A DNA stretch of 64,000 nt from Gemmatimonadota bacterium (lineage in GTDB: Bacteria; Gemmatimonadota; Gemmatimonadetes; Gemmatimonadales; Gemmatimonadaceae): assembly GCA_040389905.1 (NCBI GenBank), contig JAZJZK010000014.1:224001-288000 (forward strand), read 5' to 3'. Position 1 is the first letter of the stretch; each line of letters opens with the position of its first letter. The notes below the pieces were generated by a model. The model made no database searches. It was not told where the DNA came from and was given only the letters and a program-made list of their open reading frames with translations. The position numbers and the translations under genes are program-made. Positions 51,247-61,076 of the stretch are shown here, piece after piece.

Positions 51247-53327
51247 CACGACACTCCTGCGCGACGCAATGCCGCCTTGACGCGCGCCAGAAATCTTGGG
51301 GGATCGATTGGTTTGCGAATGTAGTCGTCGGCACCGGCGTCCATCAATCGGACTTCGGTATCCAGTTCGTCGGCGCCGGTGAGCACGATGACCGGGAGCA
51401 TGGCGGTCGCCACGTTGCGACGAAGCTTCCGGACCACCTCGTCGCCGTCCATTCCCGGCATGCGGAGATCGGTGATCACCAGTGCGATGTCCTCGCCAGT
51501 ATTGATCAGGTCGAGCGCTTCGGCACCGTCGCGCGCCTGCCGGACCCGATAGCCACCGGACTCGAGAATCGTCGTCGCCAGATGCCTGAGCATCGGATCG
51601 TCGTCGGCAAACACAATAGCCGGGGGCAGCGCCGGCGCGGCCGGCGCGTCGTCCGCCACCTCGCCGAGGACGCGCTCGATTTCCTCCAGCGTGGTGTCGC
51701 CGCGCTTCACATTGTCCAGCGCAACCTCTCGGAGCGGCCGCATCCCCTGGGCGATGGCCAACCGCTGCAGCTGAAGCGCAGAGGTGCCCGCCGTAATCTG
51801 GTCGCCGATCGACGGTGAGCAGATGGCTACCTCGACAATCGGAATTCGACCGCGATATCCGGAATTGTTGCACTTGTTACAGCCGTGCGCGCGAACGGTC
51901 GGCATGACGCCGAATTGCGCGCCAAGCCGTGATTCATTCTCGGTGTAGTCACCGGAAATTCGCTGAGCGCAATCAGGACACACGCGCCGGACCAGTCGCT
52001 GAGCGAGGGCGCCGCGCAGCACCGAGGCAATCGTCGTGCGGTCCAGGCCGAGATCCGTGAGACGCGAAACGGCGCTCATCGAGTCATTGGTGTGCAGCGT
52101 CGCCAGCACGAGATGGCCCGTCGCGGCAGCCTGTGCGGCCACTTCCGCCGTCTCCTGATCTCGAATCTCGCCGACGAAGATGACGTCGGGATCCTGACGG
52201 AGAATCGAACGGAGGGCGGATGCGAACGTGACGTTGCGCTTCGTCTCGACCTGAATCTGCGTCACACCTGCGAGCTCGTACTCGATTGGATCTTCGACGG
52301 TCATCACGTTGACTTCGCTCGTGGCGACGTCCGTGAGCGCCGCGTACAGCGTCGTCGTTTTTCCGGACCCCGTCGGGCCCGTGACCACGACGATTCCGTC
52401 GCGGTTGCCGATGAGCTGTCGGATCCGCTGCAACTCGTAGTTCGACAGTCCGACGTCGTCGAGCGTCTTCGCGGTATCGGGCCGCAGGATACGAATGACG
52501 GCCTTCTCGGCGTCGCGGGTGGGGACGGTCGAGATGCGGAGGTCGTAATGCTTGTTCATCACCGAAATGCGCGCCCGGCCATCCTGCGGTCGCATGCGAT
52601 CCGCGATATCGAGCTTGCCGAGCACCTTGATACGCGACACCACACGCCCGACGGCCGCCGATGGAAGCGACATGTGCTGCCGCATGACGCCATCGATGCG
52701 GAATCGCACGACGCCGCCCTTCGAGCCACCCGGCTCGATGTGGATGTCACTGGCGCGTTGGACCACTGCGTCGCTGAGGATCAGGTTCGCGAGTTTGACC
52801 AGTGGCGCAGATTCGACGTCCGCCGCTGCGACCTGCTCCGGAGCGGCATCCTCGACGAACCGCACGGCGTCGGCCAGCGTCGAGTCCGCGGCGTCGAGGA
52901 GGTTCTGCACGACGCTGTCGGCCGAATAGCCGCCGCCCAGCGCGCCCTCGATCGCGTTCGGTCCGGCGAGCTCGAACTTGATGCGGCGACCGCTGGCGAA
53001 ACCGATGTCGCGCTCCGCTTCGTAGTCGTGCGGATCGCTCGACGCGACTGTCAGTTCGCGGTCAGTCTCTCGGAGTGCGAACACGCCATGCTTGCGGGCC
53101 AACTTCTCAGGCAGCAGTCGCGCCGCCTTGCTTTCTGCCCGCTCGAATTCCGCCACCGGGAGGCGAAGCACAGGAGCGACCTGCGCAACAAGCGCGGACT
53201 CCGTCAGCTTGAGCTCCCTTCCCAACTGCTCCCATGCTCCGGCAAGCGTCACGCCTTGCGCGATGTTCGCAGTCTTGGCGCCCGGAATTCCGGCCCGAGC
53301 CGCGGCGTTGACCAACCAATGCGTCAC
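51246..53327 (-). CDS. GspE/PilB family ATPase with C-terminal receiver domain
   Basis: ASDIHIEP, PQDGR, GPTGSGKTTT, EDPIE, RQDPD..GEIRD, GHLVLATLH, CPDC/CNKC, then ADDD..ITDLRMPGMDG..RKP; GTG start inferred. Confidence 0.9.
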   Translation of the reverse strand: MTHWLVNAAARAGIPGAKTANIAQGVTLAGAWEQLGRELKLTESALVAQVAPVLRLPVAEFERAESKAARLLPEKLARKHGVFALRETDRELTVASSDPHDYEAERDIGFASGRRIKFELAGPNAIEGALGGGYSADSVVQNLLDAADSTLADAVRFVEDAAPEQVAAADVESAPLVKLANLILSDAVVQRASDIHIEPGGSKGGVVRFRIDGVMRQHMSLPSAAVGRVVSRIKVLGKLDIADRMRPQDGRARISVMNKHYDLRISTVPTRDAEKAVIRILRPDTAKTLDDVGLSNYELQRIRQLIGNRDGIVVVTGPTGSGKTTTLYAALTDVATSEVNVMTVEDPIEYELAGVTQIQVETKRNVTFASALRSILRQDPDVIFVGEIRDQETAEVAAQAAATGHLVLATLHTNDSMSAVSRLTDLGLDRTTIASVLRGALAQRLVRRVCPDCAQRISGDYTENESRLGAQFGVMPTVRAHGCNKCNNSGYRGRIPIVEVAICSPSIGDQITAGTSALQLQRLAIAQGMRPLREVALDNVKRGDTTLEEIERVLGEVADDAPAAPALPPAIVFADDDPMLRHLATTILESGGYRVRQARDGAEALDLINTGEDIALVITDLRMPGMDGDEVVRKLRRNVATAMLPVIVLTGADELDTEVRLMDAGADDYIRKPIDPPRFLARVKAALRRAGVS

Positions 53328-53403
53328 GTGTCTGTAGTGCTGAGGTCGAGAACGTAAATGAGACGGGAAAGCTAATGATGCGGAAGTATCGGGCGAGATA
53401 CCA

Positions 53404-54639
53404 TCAAGGTGTAGGCGCGAGCACGCCGACGGGAAGACTCTGGCGGTCCCGGGTGAAGCCGTCACCGAGCTGTCCATCCGCCCCAAGTCCCCAGCAAAGT
53501 ACGGCCGTCGTGCTTGAAACGCCGCAGCTGTGGTTGCCGAGGCCGGTCACGATGCTCACGAAGCGCTGCTGCCCGAACACGGCGATGGGACGGCGGCTGC
53601 ACTCGAGCGACCCGCAGAATTCGCCCGGCCGCGGCACGCCGAGCTGCCCGAAGGAATTGTTGCCCCAGCAAAACGCCACGCCGTCCACCCGCGTGCCACA
53701 ACTCTGGATGATCCCGCTGCTGACATCGAGAAACCGATCGTCGGTCGCGACGGGCGTGGGAGTCGCCGTTCCCGCCGTTGTGCCATCACCCAACTGGCCG
53801 AACGAGTTCGCCTCCCAGCACAGCGATATGCCCTCGACGGAAACCGCGCACATCGAAATGGCGCTCACAGAGATGCTCCGGAGCGCAGGCAGCGCGTTGA
53901 TGCGATGCGGGGAAAGGCGCTGGTGATAGTACTCGAACCCGCCATCGGCCGATTCCCATTCGAGCCCCCAACACCACGCGGCCCCATCGAGCGCAATTGC
54001 GCAGCTACGCAGGCGCCCTGCGCTGACGCGAGTGAAGCGCTCCTGGGTATCGATCGGCCGAGGAAACACGCTGGTGGTGGTATCGCCGAAGCCAAGTGCG
54101 CCGAGGGTCCCATCGCCAAAACAATAGACGACGCCATTGGTTCGCACCGCGCAGGTGTGCGTGAGACCCGCTCCCACATCGAGGAACTGGGCCTCCGGCA
54201 TGATCGGCGTGGGCGCGAAGACCATGAATTCGCCCTGCACACCGACTTGGAATGACACGTTGTCTCCCCAGCAATACAACCGGCGCTCTGTGGTGATCGC
54301 GCAGGTATGCCGCTGGCCGGCGCTGACGTGAAGGAATCGAAGCGTCGGTGCGACGGCCCTCGGCCCAGCCTCGCAGGCGGAACGAAAGCGCCCGCACTTC
54401 CCCCTGGCGGCATCCACCCCCAACTGCCCCGATGCGTTGGACCCCCAGCAGTACAGCGCACCATCGAGGCGGATACCGCACGAATGGGCGGCGCCGACGC
54501 TCACCGCCTTCCACCCCGTCGACGCCGGCGCGACCTCGATTGGGCGATCGCGATACACGAGGACGGTGGGAGCGGTTGGCGTGTCGCAGGCGGCAGCAGC
54601 AAGCGCAAGCGCGAGGGCCGGCGCAGCGGCTGCCCTCAT
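53404..54639 (-). CDS. RCC1-repeat beta-propeller lipoprotein
   Basis: AAAC lipobox; repeated VSAG..HTC......YCWG.N..GQLG. Confidence 0.9.
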   Translation of the reverse strand: MRAAAAPALALALAAAACDTPTAPTVLVYRDRPIEVAPASTGWKAVSVGAAHSCGIRLDGALYCWGSNASGQLGVDAARGKCGRFRSACEAGPRAVAPTLRFLHVSAGQRHTCAITTERRLYCWGDNVSFQVGVQGEFMVFAPTPIMPEAQFLDVGAGLTHTCAVRTNGVVYCFGDGTLGALGFGDTTTSVFPRPIDTQERFTRVSAGRLRSCAIALDGAAWCWGLEWESADGGFEYYHQRLSPHRINALPALRSISVSAISMCAVSVEGISLCWEANSFGQLGDGTTAGTATPTPVATDDRFLDVSSGIIQSCGTRVDGVAFCWGNNSFGQLGVPRPGEFCGSLECSRRPIAVFGQQRFVSIVTGLGNHSCGVSSTTAVLCWGLGADGQLGDGFTRDRQSLPVGVLAPTP

Positions 54640-54643
54640 CTGG

Positions 54644-56113
54644 TCATGACTCCACCACCCTGACGTAGGCGGGGGTCAGCCGCCTCCGCTCAACGGCGAG
54701 GGGCACGCCGCCCGCTGGCGGCTCGTGCCGCAGTGGTGGTCTTGCCGCGGAATCGAAGAGGATGCTGAATGTCGACCCGACGCCGTCCGAGCTGACCACG
54801 GTCAGCCCAAAGCCCAGTCGTTCACAGACGGACTTCGAGAATGCGAGGCCGAGTCCGGTGCCGCCGAAGCGTCGTGAGATCGTGTTCTCCGCCTGTTCGA
54901 ACGCACCGAAAATCGCCGCCTGTCTCGAAGGAGCCACGCCCATCCCTTCGTCGATCACGTCCAGTCGCCAGGGCTTGGCCGAGTTTGGTGCGGCCAGCAC
55001 GCGAACGACCACGCGCCCGCGCTCGGTGAACCGCAAGGCATTCGCGAGCAGGTTTGTGATCACCTGCCGCAGCTTGTCGCCGTTTGTCTGCAGAAGATCG
55101 AGCTGGTCCGGCAGGTCGAGCGCGAGAACGACGTCGCTCGCAGACAGTGGCTCCTCGAACGACTCGGCGGTCTGCCGCACGAGTTCCAGCAGGTCGACTG
55201 GCGAGGTACTGACGTCCAGCCGGCCTGATTCGATCTTCGCGTGCTCCAGAATGTCGTTGATGATCGTCAGGAGCCGACGGCCATTCTCCTCGATTTTCGA
55301 GAGGTAGGCGAGCTCTCGTGCATCGAGTGCAGCGCGCTTGTTGCGCATCAGCACGCCGGAAAACCCGATGATGGAGTTGAGTGGCGTTCTCAGCTCGTGG
55401 CTCATCCGTTCGATGAACTCCCCCTTGGCGCGCGTCGCCGTCTCCGCGGCTTCGTTCGCGCGCACAAGCGCGCGCCGCGCCTGTTCCCGCTGACGGGCGT
55501 TCATCACGACGAGTGCCGTCGCCGATGCCGCAATGGCTGCGGCGATCAGCGTGCCCAGCATAATGATCAGCGCGACACGATCCCCTTCGGCGCCCGCGAG
55601 CACCCGCTGCCCCTCGATGCGGCCCAGCTCGAGTTGCCGAAGCGTGCGTGTGTCCGCGCGGAGCGTGTCCATGAGCGAACGCCCGCGGGAGGTACGCAGC
55701 AGCGCGAGGGCTCCTTCGTGGTCGCCACGCTCCCAGCGGTCAACGGTCTCGACCAGCACCGCGAGCTTTCGGTCAACGACCCCAAGCAGGTGCGTGACGA
55801 GAAGCGAGTCCTCGGGGTACCTCGTAGCAAGCAGCGACCGGCGGACACGTTCGAGCGACAGAAGTGCACGACGATATGGAACGAGATACCGCTGGTCGCC
55901 GGTCAATAGATATCCGCGATGTCCGGTTTCCGCATCCGTGATCGTCTGCGAAAGCTCACTTGCTGCGGCCAACACGGCCGACGACTTGCGCTCAGCCGCG
56001 GAGACCGCCTGCATATCTCGGACACCACGGAACGACGCGACCCCGATGCCCAGGAGCACCAGAAATGCCACGAAGTAACCGATGCCGATGCGGCGCTGAA
56101 GGCTTGCGGTCAT
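54644..56113 (-). CDS. CHASE3 sensor histidine kinase
   Basis: Two TM helices, DAETGHRGYLLTGD..YL.PY, MSHELRTPL, NALRFT, GGTGLGL; no receiver domain. Confidence 0.92.
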   Translation of the reverse strand: MTASLQRRIGIGYFVAFLVLLGIGVASFRGVRDMQAVSAAERKSSAVLAAASELSQTITDAETGHRGYLLTGDQRYLVPYRRALLSLERVRRSLLATRYPEDSLLVTHLLGVVDRKLAVLVETVDRWERGDHEGALALLRTSRGRSLMDTLRADTRTLRQLELGRIEGQRVLAGAEGDRVALIIMLGTLIAAAIAASATALVVMNARQREQARRALVRANEAAETATRAKGEFIERMSHELRTPLNSIIGFSGVLMRNKRAALDARELAYLSKIEENGRRLLTIINDILEHAKIESGRLDVSTSPVDLLELVRQTAESFEEPLSASDVVLALDLPDQLDLLQTNGDKLRQVITNLLANALRFTERGRVVVRVLAAPNSAKPWRLDVIDEGMGVAPSRQAAIFGAFEQAENTISRRFGGTGLGLAFSKSVCERLGFGLTVVSSDGVGSTFSILFDSAARPPLRHEPPAGGVPLAVERRRLTPAYVRVVES

Positions 56114-56191
56114 ACGTTTGGAAACATGGTGCAGAGTATCGCCCGGTAGTAGGCTTTAATAGACGGCCTGCCCAGACAGCGAGGTAGCGTG

Positions 56192-56296
56192 ATGGATGAG
56201 CAGAAACAGACCGCGCGGGATATTCGGGCGGCGATCATCTTCGGAATCGTGGCAGCGACGCTCGAACTCGGCGCGCTAATCTACTTCTTCCGGTAG
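56192..56296 (+). CDS. Putative 34-aa single-TM small protein
   Basis: GAGG RBS; MDEQKQTARDIRAAIIFGIVAATLELGALIYFFR; ends 16 bp before the next gene. Confidence 0.6.
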   Translation: MDEQKQTARDIRAAIIFGIVAATLELGALIYFFR

Positions 56297-56312
56297 CTGA
56301 AGGACGATCATC

Positions 56313-58010
56313 ATGTATCTGGCGTTGCTCGCCCTCGCATTTCAGTTACGAGCGCCCATGCTCGCGGACGTTTCGCAGAATCCTCGCCAGCGCACGAGCG
56401 CGGATTCGCTACGCGACCTGGAGCACGCGAAGAGTGCTCAACGCAACTTCGAGCGGAGCCGGAGAGCCTTGCTCCCTCAGGGTTCGAGCAGCGGCGGCCG
56501 GTGCGACGTGCGGCTCGGCAGATATTGCTGGTGGTACGACGCGGCGACGCCGAAGTTCCCAGCGGAAAATGAAACGATTGGACGACGTCGCGAGGAGCTT
56601 CTTGCCGAGCTCGATTCTGCGGCAGCCCGGCAGCCCGGAGACGACTGGCTCGCCGCAATGCGCGTGCATTACCGGATCGACGCGAAAGCCTTCGACGCAG
56701 CCGACAGCGCCGCCACATCCTGCCGAGCAACGAGTTGGTGGTGCAGCGCTCTCGTCGGCTATGCGGCGACCGCGCACTTCATGGGCGCGCGCGCTGATTC
56801 CGCATTCACGCGAGCACGGGGGGCGATGCCGCCGGATGTTGCGTGCAAGTGGAGCGACATCAGGTCGCTCTTGTCCGGTGATGACCGGGACGCATATGAA
56901 AAGCAAAGCTGCGAGGCGCGCGTCGCGAGCGAGCGGCGCTACTGGCTGTTGAGCAAGCCGCAGCTGAACACCGCCGCGAACGACTGGGAGAACGAGTTCA
57001 ACGTTCGCCGGGTAATCATCTGGCTTGGCGAGCGCGCCGCCACGCCGCACCTCCTCGGCTGGGGTGACGATGCCGCCGAGCTGGTACTGCGTTACGGATG
57101 GCCGGTTGCGTGGAGTCAGGTGCAGACATCGAGCGTCGGAGCGACCGAACCGAGCATCATTGGGCACGATCCATCGCCCAGCTTTGCCTTCGCGCCCAAC
57201 GGATGGCTCGCGGATACGACGCGGAGCCTTGGCGCAGGCGCATGGGACTTCAACGATGCCCGATCCACGGCTCGTTTCGCGCCGCGCGGAATTCGTCGCG
57301 TCACCGTCGCGAGTGCGCAATACGCGCGTTTCCGCCGGGGCGATAGTACGTTGGTCGTGACAGCCTATGTCGCCAGCGATGATTCGCTGCGAAACGGCGT
57401 CGCGATGACGAGCGCGGCCGCGATCGGTGTGCCACCAGCGACGAGCCCGGCAGACACAACTCGGCTTGGACGCGCTCAACTGCGATTTGTGGGAACTCCC
57501 CTGGTAGCCGGCGCCGAGGTCGTCGATACCGCAACCGGTACGCTCGCTCGTTCCCGGGTGGTCTTTCCACCGTCCGCGGATTCCGGGCGCATCGCGCTGT
57601 CGGATGTGCTCATCTATCGCGCAGGGGAGGAGCCGGCGCCATCGCTCGATTCCGCGCTGGCGAGGGCAATTCCTGGCGACACCGCGACGCGCAACAAGCC
57701 AATCGGCTTGTTCTGGGAAACCTACGGCCTGTTTGACGCTGAAACGGTCGATGTGGCAGTCAGCGTCGAACGCATCGACCACAGTTGGATTCGGAGCGCC
57801 CGCCAGCGTCTCGGGCTGACGCCAGTCGATACGCCGATCCGAATTCGGTGGACGGACACGCGCCCGCGAGCCAACGGCGCTTCACCGCACGCCATTTCGC
57901 TGGACCTCGAGAATCTCGATTCGGGTCGCTACCGGGTGACGCTGTCCGTCACGCCGCTCGAGGGGAAACCGGTCACGTCGACGCGCGAGATCGAGCTGAT
58001 CGATCCTTAG
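56313..58010 (+). CDS. Hypothetical exported Trp/Cys-rich protein
   Basis: Hydrophobic N-terminus, CD...GRYCWW, LRYGWP, C-terminal Ig-like GRYRVTLSV. Confidence 0.75.
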   Translation: MYLALLALAFQLRAPMLADVSQNPRQRTSADSLRDLEHAKSAQRNFERSRRALLPQGSSSGGRCDVRLGRYCWWYDAATPKFPAENETIGRRREELLAELDSAAARQPGDDWLAAMRVHYRIDAKAFDAADSAATSCRATSWWCSALVGYAATAHFMGARADSAFTRARGAMPPDVACKWSDIRSLLSGDDRDAYEKQSCEARVASERRYWLLSKPQLNTAANDWENEFNVRRVIIWLGERAATPHLLGWGDDAAELVLRYGWPVAWSQVQTSSVGATEPSIIGHDPSPSFAFAPNGWLADTTRSLGAGAWDFNDARSTARFAPRGIRRVTVASAQYARFRRGDSTLVVTAYVASDDSLRNGVAMTSAAAIGVPPATSPADTTRLGRAQLRFVGTPLVAGAEVVDTATGTLARSRVVFPPSADSGRIALSDVLIYRAGEEPAPSLDSALARAIPGDTATRNKPIGLFWETYGLFDAETVDVAVSVERIDHSWIRSARQRLGLTPVDTPIRIRWTDTRPRANGASPHAISLDLENLDSGRYRVTLSVTPLEGKPVTSTREIELIDP

Positions 58011-58038
58011 GCGGTAAGAAGCATGGAACCGAAACAGC

Positions 58039-58200
58039 CTTTACCACAGAGGACACAGAGGACACAGAGCCAGTCCTTTGCGTCCTCCGCGACCTCTGCG
58101 TCTAATAGCTCGTACAAAGCCATAGCGTGGGAGCAATAGCGGCGCCGCTGCACCAGACCAACGCAGTCCTCCGTGTCCTCTGTGTCCTCTGTGGTTAAAG
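58039..58200. repeat. Palindromic element with 9-bp periodic arms (ACACAGAGG type)
   Basis: CTTTACCACAGAGGACACAGAGGACACAGAG...CTCCGTGTCCTCTGTGTCCTCTGTGGTTAAAG. Confidence 0.85.
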
Positions 58201-58218
58201 CGTCTTTCAGTTAGCGCC

Positions 58219-59157
58219 CTAGCGCGACTGAGCCTTCACGGTCACCGGCGCCGGAACGATCGCCCCATCGGCGCGCGCGCGAGGGAGTACGGGCGTCACC
58301 TTCGCCGGCGTGTGTCCCTTCGTCGCATAGGGCACATCCCCCGGGGTGCCACCATTCGGCCAATCGAGCTCCTTGCCCGGCGAATCCGGCCGCGGATGCG
58401 CATCGATGTACGCGGCCACGTCGAACGCTTGCTGGTCGGTGAGCGAGCCCGGCTTGTCAAACGGCATGTTGTGCCGCACGAACGAAGCGGCCCGCTCGAC
58501 GCGCGCCATCGACGCACCGACGGAGTATGACTTGGGGCCCCAGAGTGCAGGAACGACCGCGACGCCACCACCATCCGCGCCGTGACAGCGGGCACAGTTG
58601 TTCGTGAATACCTCGTGCCCACGGCCGCTATCCGAGGCGAGCGCCACCATCTTCGGCATCCCCTCGCCGGCCACGTGTCCGCCCGCCGGAGCGCCGCGCG
58701 AGATGAACGCCAGATAGGCGATGATATCCACCATCTCTCGACTGCGCGTCGGTAGCGCACGCCCGGCCAGGCTGCGCGTGAAGCAGTAGTTCACCCGATC
58801 CTCGAGTGGGATCACGGCGTCCGAGCGCTCGAGGTACTTGGGGAAGCGCGCATGAACGCCAGCGAGCGGCGCCGCGTTCGGGCGGAGCCCCGCGTCCAGA
58901 TGGCAGCTGGAACACTTCAGGTTCCCGCCGACGTATGCCGGCAGGGAATCCGGCGTATGCTCGATCAGCGCCTTCCCGCGGCGAATCGAGATACCCAGTG
59001 GACCGTCCGGTATGGCGGAGTCCGCCGTCGACGCAAGCGCGACATGCGCTGGGGCGGCCGTGGCCGTCGACTCAGGTTTTGCTGAGTCTGCTTTGGGAGT
59101 CGCGTTGGTGCACGCAGCGAGTGCGAGCGCGAGGAGCGAAGAGACACGGAGTTGCAT
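58219..59157 (-). CDS. Dihaem c-type cytochrome, thiosulfate dehydrogenase TsdA-like lipoprotein
   Basis: CSSCH and CARCH haem motifs; RVNYCFTRSLAG with the TsdA-type Cys; ALWG..SY..GA.M.R, NMP. Confidence 0.8.
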   Translation of the reverse strand: MQLRVSSLLALALAACTNATPKADSAKPESTATAAPAHVALASTADSAIPDGPLGISIRRGKALIEHTPDSLPAYVGGNLKCSSCHLDAGLRPNAAPLAGVHARFPKYLERSDAVIPLEDRVNYCFTRSLAGRALPTRSREMVDIIAYLAFISRGAPAGGHVAGEGMPKMVALASDSGRGHEVFTNNCARCHGADGGGVAVVPALWGPKSYSVGASMARVERAASFVRHNMPFDKPGSLTDQQAFDVAAYIDAHPRPDSPGKELDWPNGGTPGDVPYATKGHTPAKVTPVLPRARADGAIVPAPVTVKAQSR

Positions 59158-59257
59158 GAACACTCGATTTCTGGTCGTCCGGACGCTGTCGCCGGCGCGT
59201 GCCGGGCGCAAGGGTCGATAAAACCCTTGTATCTTTTGCGCGGGTCAGACAGTCTTC

Positions 59258-60955
59258 GTGCCAGTCCCGCGGCACAGCGTTGTGCCGCCATCTCTCGCTC
59301 CGCCGCAACCGGCCCCCACCGCCGAACCGCTGCGCCTCTTCGCTCGCTCATTCGCGTGCTCGATGCTGAGCTCGTGCGTCCTGTCGATTCCCGCTCGGGC
59401 CGCGGAATGCGCGGTCATGGAATCGCGAGGTTCGCTCGCGCCAATGAGTGGTGTTCACATCTCATCGGTGGACATCACGAGCAATGGACCGGTGCTGCCC
59501 GGCCCTGCCGCCTTCTTCAACGGTTTGCACGTCGTCTCCCTCCAGTCGGTGATTCGGCGCCAATTGCTCTTCGCGCCCGGCGATACCGTCGACACGCTGC
59601 TCGTGGGGGAAACGATGCGCCGGCTGCGGGCGCAGCGCCTGTTCACGGACGCGAAGATTCTCGCGACGCGGTGCGATCCCTCGGGAGGTGTTGCGCTCAC
59701 CGTGAGCACAGTCGATACCTGGACGCTCCGGCCGAGGGCACAGCTTCGCACCGGGTCCCAATTGTCGCTTGGCGTCGAAGACCGGAATTTCCTCGGCACT
59801 GGCAAGTCCGTCTCTCTCACGCGCGAATACACGATGCGCGGCAACGGTGCGGCGTTCGCGTTCTCGGACCCGTTCTTCTTCGGGCCGCACGTCTCCGCGA
59901 GTGGCCGGCTCGCGAACCTCGCCGGTGGGCACACGTTGCGATTCGGCGTGCGCAAACACGACTACAGCGTCTTCGACGACTGGAAGGCGGAAGGAAACCT
60001 CTCGCGCCTCTCTTTTGGGGATACCATCGTCGGAGAGCGCGCGCTCCACACGATCACCGCGATGACGATGGTCGGCCGCCGCATCGGTGGGGGGCTCGGC
60101 GGATCGACGTTGCTGCTCATTGGGGCGGAATTCGACAGTGCGGCGAGCATTTCTCCGTCGAAGCGAGCGGTTGGGCCCGACTTGGCACATACGCGGAGCT
60201 TTGCAGGCATCGACGTCGGACTTCAGCGGCGCACGGCACAGTTCGACAGCGCGAGCTGGATCGTGCCAGGCCGGGGCTTCATCGATATCCCACTCGGACT
60301 CGAGGGCGAAGGAGTCGTCGCGACGGGATATGAGCGCGGGCTGAGTCGGGCAGCCATGAAGCTCGACGCGTGGATGGGACGCGTGTGGATGCCGCATCGT
60401 GGCAGCATCCTCATGGTGGACGGCTGGGCGTCGAGCTATTTCGGCAGCGGAATGGACCGCAATCGCATCACGCGTGGTGCCGTTTCATTCTATGATGCGG
60501 CAGCGCGCGGCATGTGGGCCGCGCGCGTGACCGCCGAGCAATTGCTCGAGGTCGATCCCGACCGTCGCGGACTGTCGCTGATGGCGGTCGCTGACCGCAC
60601 CACGCCCGTCGTCCGTCATTGGGCAGCACGTGGCGGTAAGTCAGTCGCTGCGTCCCTTGGCCGCGACGTGCACCTGTTTCACGCAGGAGGGGCGTCGGTG
60701 GTCAACGTGGGCGGTTTTCTTGCGGGCTCGTATCGATGGGAAGTGATGGACGTCCCCGACCAGTCGCTTCGCGTCGGGGTCGTGGGCGCGCGGCTGCGCG
60801 TCCTGTCCGCGAACGGCACCGTGAGCAGCGTTCGACTCGACGTCGGCTTTCCCGTCGTCCGGAGCGAGATCCTATCGCCGAAACCGTACGTAGTATTGAC
60901 GTACGGGACGCTGTTCGACGTCAGCCGGCAGCGGGACGGGCGCCGCACCTTTTAA
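59258..60955 (+). CDS. Outer-membrane protein, Omp85/BamA-like with POTRA-type N-terminus
   Basis: VIRRQLLFAPGD...ETMRRLR..LF, DTWTL, EDRNFLGTG; start uncertain. Confidence 0.65.
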   Translation: MPVPRHSVVPPSLAPPQPAPTAEPLRLFARSFACSMLSSCVLSIPARAAECAVMESRGSLAPMSGVHISSVDITSNGPVLPGPAAFFNGLHVVSLQSVIRRQLLFAPGDTVDTLLVGETMRRLRAQRLFTDAKILATRCDPSGGVALTVSTVDTWTLRPRAQLRTGSQLSLGVEDRNFLGTGKSVSLTREYTMRGNGAAFAFSDPFFFGPHVSASGRLANLAGGHTLRFGVRKHDYSVFDDWKAEGNLSRLSFGDTIVGERALHTITAMTMVGRRIGGGLGGSTLLLIGAEFDSAASISPSKRAVGPDLAHTRSFAGIDVGLQRRTAQFDSASWIVPGRGFIDIPLGLEGEGVVATGYERGLSRAAMKLDAWMGRVWMPHRGSILMVDGWASSYFGSGMDRNRITRGAVSFYDAAARGMWAARVTAEQLLEVDPDRRGLSLMAVADRTTPVVRHWAARGGKSVAASLGRDVHLFHAGGASVVNVGGFLAGSYRWEVMDVPDQSLRVGVVGARLRVLSANGTVSSVRLDVGFPVVRSEILSPKPYVVLTYGTLFDVSRQRDGRRTF

Positions 60956-61076
60956 GGTTGACGATTGCCCCGCGCCGCGTAACCTGTCGACAGCGCAGGA
61001 ACTTCGTGCAGGTTGGCGAAGTTTTGCTACGGTGCGTTTCTCGCCAGATTAGCTGATCCGCCAGCCGCAGGTGTTC

